DNA of 64,000 bases, taken from assembly GCF_009834535.1 (NCBI RefSeq), contig NC_045696.1:48982001-49046000 (forward strand), in the 5' to 3' direction. The DNA comes from Camelus ferus (lineage: Eukaryota). Below the pieces are notes generated by a model, which saw nothing but the letters and a program-made list of their open reading frames with translations, made no database searches and had not been told where the DNA came from. Of this stretch, positions 1 to 11,164 are shown piece by piece. Numbering within the stretch: the first letter of the stretch is position 1; each line of letters starts with the position of its first letter. The translations under genes were made by a program, and so were the position numbers.

Positions 1-486
1 CAATTAAGAAGTATGCATTACACCTCTACTATGTGCCTAGTGTGTGCTGGACACTGAGTACTGCTGAGGAGCAGAAGAGACAATCTCTGTACTCCGAGCT
101 TACAGTCTCATGGAGGATATAAAGCTAGGAATATAGCAATAAAGCATCCTGTGTGGCACACTGTAAGTTGTAGGGATAGAAGTTTCATTCATTGATTAAT
201 ATTCTCACTAAATATTACATTATTTATTACATACCTTTTATTGCTATAAAATAGTTGCAAAAGAATTGATCCTGGTATTCATGGAACTTTTGGTCTGATA
301 GGTATAAACTGATATTGACTGATTAACCATAATAGGTGAACAGAAGCTCCACTTCCTCCCTTGATTTGAGTATAAAGTCTTCCCTTAGTTGTTTTTTCTA
401 CCTCACTGATCACTCATTTTTAATATCTTTTCTTAATCCATGAGCCTCTTTTCTTTAAAAAAAAAAAAATCTATGCTTGGTTCCTA

Positions 487-950
487 ACATGAGTTGAATT
501 GTGTCCCTCCAAAATTCATGTTGAAGTCCCAGTCCCCAGGACCTCAGAATGTGACCTTTATATGGTAATAGGGTTGTTGTGAATGTAGTTAGTTAAGATG
601 AGGTCATACTGGAATAGGGTGGGCTCCTAATCCAATATGACTGATAGCCTTATGAGAAGGAAAAACTTGGACATAAACACACACACAGGGAGAACGTCAT
701 GTGAACATGAAGGCGGGATCGGGGTGATGAATGGATCTACAAGCCAAGGAACACCAAAAACTGCCAGCAAACACTAGAAGCTAGGAGAGGGGCGTGGAAT
801 AGATTCTCTGTTTTACAACATTGGAAGGAACCAACCCTGCTGACACCATGACCTTGGGCTTCCAGCCTCTAGAACTGTGAGACAATAAACTTGTGTTGAT
901 TAAGCCACCTAGTCTGTGGCATTTTCTTATGGCAGCCCTAGCAAATTAAG
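487..950 (+). mobile_element. MaLR solo LTR (MLT1C-like)
   Basis: Starts 'gagttgaattgtgtccctccaaaattcatgttgaagtcc', contains 'agaagctaggagagg' and 'ctagaactgtgagacaataaac', ends 'ggcagccctagcaaattaa'. About 465 bp. Confidence 0.85.
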
Positions 951-1235
951 TCAGTCTCTAAGTAATCCCATTTGTCTCATAGCTTTAAATACCATCTCTA
1001 TGCCACCACCTTCTAAATTTACATCTCAGTCCCAGAACTTCCATCCTCCAGACTCACAGATATAAGTCTACTGGCATTTCTACTTGGAGGTCTTACAAAC
1101 ACATCTCAAATTCAACATGCCCAAAACTGAACTTTTGATCTTCTCCTACAAAACATGTTCACCCACAGCATTCCCTGTCTTATTTGATGGCAGTTTCATC
1201 CTCTTGGTTTTCAGGACAAAAACCTTGATGTCATT

Positions 1236-1600
1236 TCCTATGGACTGAATTGTTTCTCCTAAAAATTTATATGTTGAAGCCCTAACCCCCAGCATGATTG
1301 TATTTGGAGATGGGGCCTTTGGGAAGTAATTAGAGTTAGATGAGGTCATGAGAAAGGGTCCTCATGGTGGGATTAATGCCCTCTTAAGAAGAGACACCAG
1401 AAAGATGGCTTACTCTCTCACCACATGAGAATACAGCAAGAAGGCAGCTGTCTGCAAGCCAGGAAGAGATTCTCACCAGAATCCAACCATGCTGGCACCC
1501 TGTTCACAAACTTTCAGACTCCAGAACTGTGAGAAAGTAAATTTCTCTGTTTAAACCATGCAGTCTATGGTATTTTGTTACGGCATCCTGAGCTAAGATA
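1236..1600 (+). mobile_element. MaLR solo LTR (MLT1A/A0-like)
   Basis: 'ctatggactgaattgtttctcctaaaaatttatatgttgaagccctaacccccagc ... ctccagaactgtgagaaagtaaatttctctgtttaaacc ... gagctaagata'. About 365 bp. Confidence 0.85.
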
Positions 1601-2518
1601 TCACCCTTGACACCTATCTCTCATATCTCAAATTCAGTCTTCCAAAAAGTCTTGCTGGCTCCACCTTTGAAACAGATTCAAAATATACTCTGTTCACTGC
1701 TTCCACTGCTGTCACCCTGATCTGAGCTACCGCCTCTCTCCCCTGGATTCCTGCAATAGCCCTCTAACTGATCTCCCTGTTTTTGCCCTTAAGCCCCTCA
1801 TTCCACTCAACACAGCAGCCAGAATGAACCTTTTAAAATGTAATTCACGTGGTATTGAACCTCTGCTCAGGACCTGCAATGGCTCTGATTTTCTTCAGTG
1901 GAAATGTCAAAGGTGTGCAATGGCCTAAGCCAGGTGCTCTGACGCCAGACTCTTCTACTCTGGCATATTCTCCTCTACCACACTGACTGGACAACAGATA
2001 AAAATGTCTCAGATTCTAGAAAGTGTTCTGAGTTAGAATTAATTGCACTGATTGAATTGTCATTTCTGTGAGCCTCAGTTTCTTCATCTGTAAAACGAGG
2101 AGGTTTAAATAATCTGTAGGGATCTTTCCAGCTCTAACACTTAGAATTTTTACTAACACAATGATTTACTCTGCTGTGTGTAGTGCTAACACTGTATTGA
2201 AGAAGCCCAAAATGAAGTGACTGTTTTGTAATTACTGGGTTGATCTAATCATCACAGGCAGCATTCTAGGTAATTTAATCCCTGAAGTGAATTTTATTCA
2301 GTTTAGATGTCTACATTCAAACAAATTAGGTACTTAGATAACCTCAGCCACTATGTAGGACACCAGTATCTTTAAACAAGCTGCATGTTCTTAACGGGCC
2401 ATCGCTGATCAAGAGGACATATGCATATGTAAGAACACTCACAAGTTATACTTACACGACTAGTATGTATATGTTAGATTTCACATGGAGAAAAAAATGG
2501 CTGAAAATCTTGATTCAG

Positions 2519-2624
2519 AAAATATGAAAAGAAATACATATGTATATGTATGACTGAAACATGCTATACACCAGAAATTGATACAACATTGTAAACTATA
2601 CTTCAATAAAAAAAAATTTTTAAA
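2519..2624 (+). mobile_element. Short 5'-truncated young L1 3' end with TSD
   Basis: L1 3'UTR end ('tacaccagaaattgatacaacattgtaaactatacttcaataaaaaaaa') resembling the tail of the 6426-9510 element. Flanked by direct repeat CTTGATTCAG at 2509-2518 and 2625-2634. Confidence 0.85.
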
Positions 2625-2839
2625 CTTGATTCAGGCCTTTTAAGATATAACTATTTTTAAAAGCACATTTAATTAGCATTAAATTAAAGACAAGCTGATA
2701 AAATTCTTTTTATTTGCTAAAATGTTTTCATTAATGTACTTTTTTCAATTTATTTCATCAACTTAAAGATTGTTTTTAATAGTTAAGCATTTCTTTATTT
2801 CTGAACTTGAAAATTGTTTTAAAGAATCCCTATTAATTA

Positions 2840-3280
2840 TCTCTCCTTGCTCCCTCCCCTCCAGGCACACTACCTGCTTCTTGTTCCTGGAGCACATGAC
2901 TCCTACACAGGGACGCTGGCCTGGCTGTCTTCTTAGCCTGAAATGTTCTTCCTTCAGATGTACGTACGTATCACTATTTCCCTCACTGCCTTGAAGCCTT
3001 TGCTAAAATGTCACTTTCTCAATGATCCCTTCCTTTCATTCCACATTCATGACATTTGTTCGCTATTTTTTATTGATAACACTCTACACCTCATAACATA
3101 CAATATAATTTTTATATCTTTTATGTTTTTATTTATTTGTGGTCTCCCTTCCCTGCACCAGAATGTTAGTTTCATGAGGCACACACCTTTGTTTTCATTC
3201 ACTGATGCATCCCAAATGCGTAGAATAGTGTCTGGAATATAATTGGTGCTCAACAAATATTTATTACGTGAGTGAATCTG
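2840..3280 (+). mobile_element. L2 3' end fragment
   Basis: Ends 'tagaatagtgtctggaatataattggtgctcaacaaatatttattacgtgagtgaat', the typical L2 terminus. Confidence 0.75.
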
Positions 3281-6200
3281 ACAGTGTTCTTACATGTATA
3301 AATTTAGATGATGGCTAATGAGATCTTTGAAAATAGTAAAAGTACTGGAAATGAAAAAATCAGTTTGTAATAGGGTGACATTAACATTGAGAAAATATTT
3401 ACAAATAGTATAGTAAGGTATTTTAATTGTCCCTTTAACTTGTGGTTCCTAATAACCTCCCACTCCAATGCCAGAGCTTGAATATTATTGCTACATGAAA
3501 ACAGTGGGCAGAGATTTGAGTTACTTATTAGTAAGATAATAAATAGGCTTGAAAACCAATTTGGAAAGAGAGATAATTTTTCTAAATTTTGCTAGCATAT
3601 TTATCCAAGCTGACTCAGATCATAGAGTTCTTGTTATGGAGAAGACCATTGTCCAGAAAGGAAGACTAGGCCGAGAGTTTTGGTGCCCTAAGGCAAAAGG
3701 AAAGAACTTTCACCCTTGACACCGGGAGGTATTTTAGATAAGGGAAGAGACACACTGAGAGCAGATATTACTTATTGATGAATCTGGAAAAACAGCATGA
3801 TAGAGAACAGGTCTACACCAACACAGCAGGCCCCAGCGTGGTTGAGAGTGGGAGACAACATGGTCAGCAGAGAGGGTGTCCAGCTGGTACTCCTAAGTGT
3901 CCTCAGTTTCTGTGTGGCCTTTTTGATGAAATGAGATGAGGCAGGTCTTCCGCAAAGACTATGGGGGCCCTCACACTCATGCCAATCATCCACGTTTTGC
4001 TGACACTTGCTTTTACCCGAGTCAATTAAGAGAGAAAGTTCTTTGTGAAGGTCTCCCACGTGTGTTCATAAATCACCCACTGCTGTCCTTTCTCTCTGGC
4101 CCCCATATTGATGATCATGGCTTACTAAGACCCTTGAGGGGATCAGCTTACCCCACACTTCTGCCAAGAGCCAGCTAAAGGAATTCCGAGGGTACTTCTT
4201 CCTGATGCTCAAAAAGCACCCAACCCTCAGTATTCCAAAGCCTTTACACTGAGCTAAGCTATTAGCACTCCACTGTCCCCACCCTACTCATAAATCTCAA
4301 ATTACTGAGATGCCACTGTGTATGCCTTAAAGTCAGAGCCAAATGCCAGAAACTGAAGCAGTCATACGACTTGTAGTTGGTATTCATTCCCACATATGCT
4401 AAGAGTGTGTTGGGATGACTGGAGTAATCATATGTGCATGACTTTAGTCCAGAAAGACAACAAGGAGGAGGTGAGTTTTGAGCCAATTTCTTAAGGAAGA
4501 TTGGAAGGCAGGAAGGACCTCGGACATTCCAGGCAATGGTAATGAAACAGCACAAGCCAGAGGCCAGTTATCTGAGATGTATAAAAGAAGCACATTTGTT
4601 TTGCTGGAGTAGAAACTCCACATCAGGAAGATGAGACAGAGATGGAATCATTACAGAGTAAAACCTGAGGGTAGCTGTGGAGGAATAATTTGATGTAACT
4701 TCTTTAAGGCCAAATCTCCCTACCTCAAAAGTACTTCACACTTCTGAAGCAAAGCTGCATCCAGTATCACCCTTCATCTGAGATTATATGTAGAAGCTTT
4801 TTTTTTTTTTTTTTAGTATTTCCTAAGAAGAATTTTATCCTTGGGAGTATTATTAAAACTACTGCTATAATGAAACTTCTCAACAACTGTAGCTACATTT
4901 GTAATGCTTGACTAGTGCTTAGCTGAGGTACCATGACACCAGAAAACACAACAAATCCTTTGGAGGGACAAGGAGTGGCCTCTATACTTAGCAACACTGT
5001 GTCTACATATATCAGAGGTGGACAAGCCTCCTGGAAGAAGCTTTGAATAACAAGGGATATGATTCACTTTTGCTGAAAATTCTCATTAAGAGTCTGAATT
5101 TGACTTTATGGCTAAGGCAGCAAGTATATTAGGACAGAAGTATTGAAGATGTGTGTGTGCATAGTATTGATAGTATAAATTCTGTATAAATCGAAATACA
5201 CACACACACACACACATACATGTGCACAAACATATATACATATTTGTGGGAGTTCAGTCACATCTGTTTGAGAGCTTATCTTGGAGAATAACTACCTCCA
5301 TGACTCTAGATCAGTCAACTAATATCTATGAAAAAAATCTGTTTATTATGTTACCTGAGTTGGGAACTTAAAACGCTATCTCAGACCCTCCAAGAAGTAT
5401 AATCTGTGTGACCTTAGAGCAGCAAGGGCGGGAAGACAGAGGATGGAGCTTGGACCTGACACATGTCCAGATTACTGTGCAGTCCAGTGTTCACAGGGCT
5501 TGACAAGACCAAGCATGCTTCAGGCAATGGTGAGCACATTATTACCAAGAGAAGGTCAAGTTTCCAGCAAGTATGCACTTTTCCTTCTAAGAAATCCAAG
5601 GCAGAAACATTTGTGATTTGCCTTCAGCAATGGAGGTTTATTCCAGGATACAAGAAAGTTACACAAAGTCACAAGAAAGTTACCCCACCAGCCTGAGAAT
5701 CATGTTGAGATGTATAGGACATTCAGGAAGCAACCCAGAAAATGTGTTCAGCATCTGCTAGAGGACATCCTGATACTGAGACTCTTCCAGAAGTTATAAA
5801 TCTCAAAATAAAAGAAGTTATTAGGATGGTTTGCCACCATTCTTTACTGTACAATCATTGGGGAGTGTTTGCCCCAAGCCACCTCAGAAGCTCCTGAGCT
5901 CCCTCATATGCACCATTTACAGTTATCTCATGCCTCCATCCCTAACTCAAAGTGGCTGGCTAGTGCACTAGAGCGATCTTCATTTAAAAAAAAAAAACAA
6001 CATAATTTAGGAAAGAACAGTTTCTGGCCACTTTCTCTCTCAAAGACAGTTGCATATGAAATGAGTCTTTCCAGCAACATCGCCTCCACCAGCTTGCAAT
6101 ACCAGACAGCACAGAATGAGAGGCAGAAAGAATCCATGAGTTCACATAGCAAGAGGTCACTTAGATAGAAGTCTGTCCATGGATGACCTCAGCCAAGGAA

Positions 6201-6433
6201 ATTGAAGGGAATGGGTATCACTTATCAGGAACCCAAGCAAAATTCCAGTCCTGAGAAGTGAAATCATAAAGCGAAAGTCATGAGTGGGGCACCAGAGCTG
6301 GGCCAGGTTGTAAACAATGTATGAGCGGGGTACAGCTAAGTCTTCAGGGGAATAAAGATGGGTAGACTGAGCTGAAGAGCTAGGATGATAAAAGCAGAAG
6401 AAAAAGATAGAGTTAAAAGAAGCCAGAGAGAAG

Positions 6434-6444
6434 CAAGATGGCGG
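6434..6444 (+). promoter_or_regulatory. YY1 motif of the L1 internal promoter
   Basis: CAAGATGGCGG at +9 of the element, the position where mammalian L1s carry the YY1 site. Confidence 0.8.
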
Positions 6445-7752
6445 AGTAGAATGATGCTCGTAGCTCACCGTCTCCCACAAATACACCAAAACTCACATCT
6501 ACGGACCTACTCAGCCAACCAGAGCACCTGCCGAACTCCGACAGAACATCACCCTCTTCGAAAGACAAAGACAACAAAAATCTGGTAAGAGAAAAGGAAA
6601 AAAGAAGAAAAAGCAAAACAGTGCAGGACCGATTCCACAGGGAGGGAGCGACAAAGGAGGACTAGTGCTCGTTCATTGGGTCTCCCCCCTCCAACAGAGA
6701 GGCCAGCAGGATGGAGGGGGAGCCTCCGAGGCTCAGATCTGCCCTGAGCACCCCTTGACCAACAGAACTGAGTTAAACAGGCACAAAGGGTCCCCACGAC
6801 ACCTAGCCCTAGATGCGAGCCAGCAGCTGGGGCCAGGACAGGCCGCCTGAGCCAGGTGGAGGACTGGGGCAGCTGCACTGAGGCAGCCCCGGGGGACTGC
6901 AGGGTGCTGTGCACCATGGCTGGGAGGGGATACAGAGCAGAACCACCTTGGTCCCCATAAATTGCGAAAAAAGAAAAGCAACACGGCTGGTGTGCCCTTG
7001 GTGGAGGGGTGCCATAGCCTTTGTCTCCTCAGAACTGCACCACCATTACTGGCACTTCTCGCGAGAAGAGAGGCAGGGCGCAGCCACAGCTGCCATCTCC
7101 TCCTGTGCACAGCAGCCAGGCGGGGGCAGGGCCAAGCCCTGAGTCCACACACGGGGGCTCAGCAACCTCCTGGGCAGGACTGAGACTTGTTTATAGCCCG
7201 AGGCAGAGAGGATCTTTCTGCCCTGGCACCTCAGAGAACTTGCACCGCCAAGACAAACAAGGAGCTGACATTTGGCACGGAGCAGAGGCGGGGCATTCCA
7301 AGGTCTTCCCAGAGCCCGCCTTTGAAGCACTGACCCAAGGCAGAGCGGGCAGCTGCACAGAACAGCGGAGCAACCGGCTGGGAGAAGGTGGGCAACCACC
7401 AGCCTTCCTGGCAGGAACACAGCACCTGACCACGGTGCTGGGAGGGGGCGTGATCCACCCACCTGCCTCCCCTGAGTGCAGCATCTGCCTGCAGCATCGG
7501 GAGGGGGAGTGACCCACCTGCCCACCAGGTAAGAACTCAGCTCCTGACCCAGTGTTAGGAGGGGGCGCGATCTGCTAGCCCACAGCCACTGGGAGCAGCA
7601 CAGATGAGGGCGCCAACAGAGGGCCTCTGGAAACAGCAAGCTGAGTTCGTGAAACAGAGTGAACAAAAACCTCTCAATAAAATCATTAAGAGCACACTGT
7701 CTCCAGGAGAACTAGATAACTGATACCCCTTAAGCCACAGTGCCAGAGAAAT

Positions 7753-8653
7753 ATGAGAAATATGAAGGAGCAGAGGAACCACTCCCAATTAAAAGATCAA
7801 GAGAAATCCCCTGAAAGCACGATCAAGGAAATAGACATTGATGGCCTACTCGATCAAGATTTCAAAAAAGGAGTGATCAAAGTACTGAAGAAACTAAAAG
7901 AAATCATGTTTAGAGATATAAAATATGTCAAAAATGAAATAGAAGCTATAAAGAAGAACCAAGTAGAATTAGTAAACTCACTTGCTGAGATGAGAGCTGA
8001 CCTAAAGGCTGTGCAAAGCAGGCTAGATAATGCAGAGGAACAAATAAGTGACCTAGAAGACAGGACAACAGAAAGCACCCAATCAGAACAGCTGAGAGGA
8101 AAGCAAATAAAAAACAATGAAAACAATATAAGGGACCTATGGGATAATATAAAGCATGCCAATCTGCACATAACAGGGGGTCCAGAAGGGGAAGAAAAAA
8201 ATAAAGGGAATTGAAAAGGTCTTTGAAGAAATCATGACTGAAAACTTCCCAAACCTAAAGGAATCAGATATCCAAGTACAGGAGGCTCAGAGGGTCCCAA
8301 ACAGGAAGAACCCAAACAGACCCACACCAAGACATATCATAATCAAGATGTCCAGAGTCAAAGATAAAGAAATGATCCTCAAGGCAGCAAGAGAAAAACA
8401 AACAGTGAGTTACAAGGGAACCCCCATAAGGCTCTCAGCTGATTTCTCTACACAAACACTACAGGCCAGAAGGGAGTGGCAAGATATATTCAAAGTCCTG
8501 AATGAAAAAATAATGCAGACTAGGATACTCTATCCAGCAAGGCTATCCTTTAGAATAGAAGGAGAGATAAAGAACTTCACAGACAAGCAAAAACTAAAAG
8601 AGTTTAGCAACACTAAACCCATGCTAAAAGAAATATTAACAGGTCTACTCTAA
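7753..8653 (+). pseudogene. L1 ORF1: L1 ORF1p (RNA-binding chaperone), about 299 aa, with one +1 frameshift near 8206-8208
   Basis: ORFs 7753-8214 and 8234-8653 join into one ORF1p when one G is removed from AAAGGGAATT. Motifs: coiled coil (SRLDNAEEQISDLEDR), LWDNIK, ENFPNL, PRHIIIK, ARREW, YPARLSF, FTDKQKLKEF. Confidence 0.93.
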
Positions 8654-8796
8654 ATAGAAAAGAAGCAGGATGCTACAAACATGAGAAACTCATAACTGGA
8701 GAGGAGATAACTGCCATGAATTACAAAAAGAATAAACACAAAATTGTAAAAGAAGACATCTAAATCGTTAAGAGTGGGAGAGCGAAGCAAGGAAAG

Positions 8797-9165
8797 CCAC
8801 TGTGGAAAATAGTATGGAGATTACTCAAAAGACTATGAATAGACTTGCCCTATCACCCACAAATCCCGCTTCTGGGCATATATCCAGAAGGAACCCTACT
8901 TCAAAATGACACCTGCATCCCAATGTTCATAGCAGTACTATTTACAATAGCCAAGACATGGAAGCAGCCTAGATGTCCATCAGCAGATGACTGAATAAAG
9001 AAGCTGTGGTATATTTATATGATGGAATACTATTCAGCCACAAAAACCGACAACATAACGCCATTTGCAGCAACATGGATGTTCCTGGAGAATGTCATTC
9101 TAAGGGAAGTAAGCCAGAAAGAAAAAGAAAAATACCATATGAGATCACTTATATGAGGAACCTAA
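8797..9165 (+). pseudogene. L1 ORF2: C-terminal remnant of L1 ORF2 (last ~123 codons, three internal stops)
   Basis: Reads PLWKIVWRLLKRL*IDLPYHPQIPLLGIYP ... PMFIAVLFTIAKTWKQPRCPS ... MEYYSATK ... FAATWMFLENVIL. Internal TGA at 8836, 8992 and 9154. Confidence 0.92.
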
Positions 9166-9371
9166 AAACAAAACAAAACAAAACATAAATACAAAACAGA
9201 AACAGACTCATAGACATAGAATACAAACTTGTGGTTGCCAAGGGGGTGGGGGATGGGAAGGGACAGACTGGGATTTTAAAATGCAGAATAGATAAACAAG
9301 ATTATACCGTATAGCACAGGGAAAAATATACAAGATCTTGTGGTAGCTCACAGCAAAAAAAAAATATGGCA

Positions 9372-9372
9372 A

Positions 9373-9416
<44 letters not shown>

Positions 9417-9417
9417 T
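9372..9417. repeat. (TA)18 microsatellite forming a perfect 46-bp palindrome
   Basis: ATGAA-(TA)18-TTCAT inside the L1 3'UTR. Confidence 0.9.
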
Positions 9418-10591
9418 GTATAACTGAAAAAATTGTGCTCTACACTAGAATTTGACACAGCATTGTAAAATAGCTATTACTCAATAAAAAAATGTAAAAA
9501 AAAAAAAAAAAAAAGAAGCCAAACAGAGAAACTACCAAAATAGTGAAAAGCTAAATAACAGTATAGACAATAAATCATGATTCATGACACCAGGGTGGCT
9601 CTTCAGGCCTCCTTCAGTCACTGCCACCACCATCACCACAGAAGTCGCCGTCATAGACTAAGCAAATGAATAGGCACTCATCAGGCAGTGGGGGAAGAAA
9701 ATCAATGTGACTACAGCACAGGGTGAGTGGAGGGCAGTAGCAAAGATAAACCTTCTATAAAGAAGTTAAAAATGAAAGTTAGCACACCACTGGAATAGAC
9801 TTTAATAAAGTTTGCCTCAGCGACAGTGAGACCTAGGTGAGAAACTTTCACTTCACGCCCACTTTTATTTGAATATTCAAGAAGAACATTCACAAAAAAT
9901 TTCATAATCCCATTACATTCTTCACACTAAACTTAAAACAAAAAGATACAAGTCTCCCCAGATGTAGAGAGCGTTAAGTCTGCCTTAATGAGGCAGAGCA
10001 GAGTCTGTCAACTAATGTTGAAATAGAGTGCCTCCCTTCCCCACCCTGCCCCACCAGCCAGGTATGTCAGGAAAACACTGCATTAGATATCTCAGTTCAT
10101 CAATCTAATAAATGAGTTCTCAAATGTCATTTTCCCTCCATATGCAGCAAACATTCCTCTATTATTTAGTTATGCTGTTTTAATTGGGTTAACTCTCAGC
10201 GCACCAGCACAGTTCCATCTGCAAGAGACGCCTATGTCATTTGAAGGAGAGAAAGAAACTGCAAGAGAAACGGGATGACGGTTCAGAATGACATGTGGTA
10301 TATACACTTGTCAGGACGGAAAAGAAGCATGCTACATTCATATCTTTTAATTTGAGATAATAAAATCTGCCAGTAATATGCCTTCTCTTCCATTAAGAGA
10401 AACATTATCCATTTTGAATATCTTTTAAAGCAAAATAAGCATTTTAATTAAATCCTACATACAGGGGATATTCTCCTGGTCTATTTGTCATATGTAACTA
10501 CTGTAATGGAGTTATCGACAGCATTGGAGAAAAGAGCGCAAAATGATACACATAGAGTTTAAACCTGGGTGAAATAACTACAAACTGGCAC

Positions 10592-11164
10592 ATGGAACAG
10601 GAGGGTAGGAGGTCATGCCAGTCCAAAATATGCTACTTTGGCATATTGATTACTTTTAGCTGAAGACAACTGAGGAGAAGCAGATATAAGTGAAGCTCTC
10701 TGCTCTTTGCCTGTTTGCTTAAAAGCAGGACATAAATTTGTAAAGATGTTCTCCTCCCCCTTCTCGATCGGGAAGGATCGAAGTTAACCACTGGAGACAA
10801 CTCTAGACCCTCATCAACCCAGAGGATTCTATGTAATAAATCTTGATAAAACTGGCCTTTATCTACAATTAGTTTCCCCATATTTACCTTCCCCAAATTT
10901 GCCACTCCCAGAAGCTCAAAGTCCTTTTCCTTTATCACGTCTCTACAAAAATATTTTGCTTCACTAAGATGCAGGATAAACTCAAGTTCTAACCACGCCT
11001 TTGAGTTATTACTCGCTGAGTTTTCCCATGTTCATGTGTAATGCATGTGCTATTAAACTTCTGTTTTTCTCATATTAACCTGCTGGGTTTTTTTTTTTTA
11101 GCCCAATTTCAAGGCCCCAGACAGTGAACCTAAGATGGTAGAGGAAAAATAATTTTCTTTCTAC
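10592..11164 (+). mobile_element. ERV1-class solo LTR (MER34/MER39-like)
   Basis: 'ccaaaatatgctactttggcatattgattacttttagctgaagacaactgaggagaagcagat', 'ttaaacttctgtttttctc', and end 'gaacctaagatggtagaggaaaaataattttctttctaca'. Confidence 0.75.

Larger units (their letters stand above)
330..1930 (+). mobile_element. Ancient L2 LINE fragment, interrupted by two MaLR LTRs
   Basis: L2-type text such as 'ctcaaattcaacatgcccaaaactgaacttttgatcttc' and 'cttccactgctgtcaccctgatctgagctacc' continues across both LTR insertions. Boundaries approximate. Confidence 0.75.
6426..9510 (+). mobile_element. LINE-1 with both ends intact but most of ORF2 deleted (ORF1-only, about 3.1 kb)
   Basis: TSD AAAAGAAGCCA at 6415-6425 and 9511-9521, at a TT/AAAA endonuclease site. 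5' end 'gagagaagcaagatggcggag'. GC-rich 5'UTR, ORF1, short spacer, ORF2 C-terminal tail only, 3'UTR, AATAAA and poly-A. Confidence 0.95.

Noticed and set aside
6549..7666. Long overlapping ORFs (up to 206 aa) in the L1 5'UTR
   Set aside because: GC-rich, stop-poor sequence, largely TTG/GTG starts and no recognisable domains.
8785..8805. L1 internal deletion explained by RNA splicing
   Set aside because: The junction has AG before CCACT, but the removed sequence is not visible and the L1 sequence normally upstream of this point is not pyrimidine-rich. Microhomology-mediated deletion is equally plausible, so the mechanism is undetermined.
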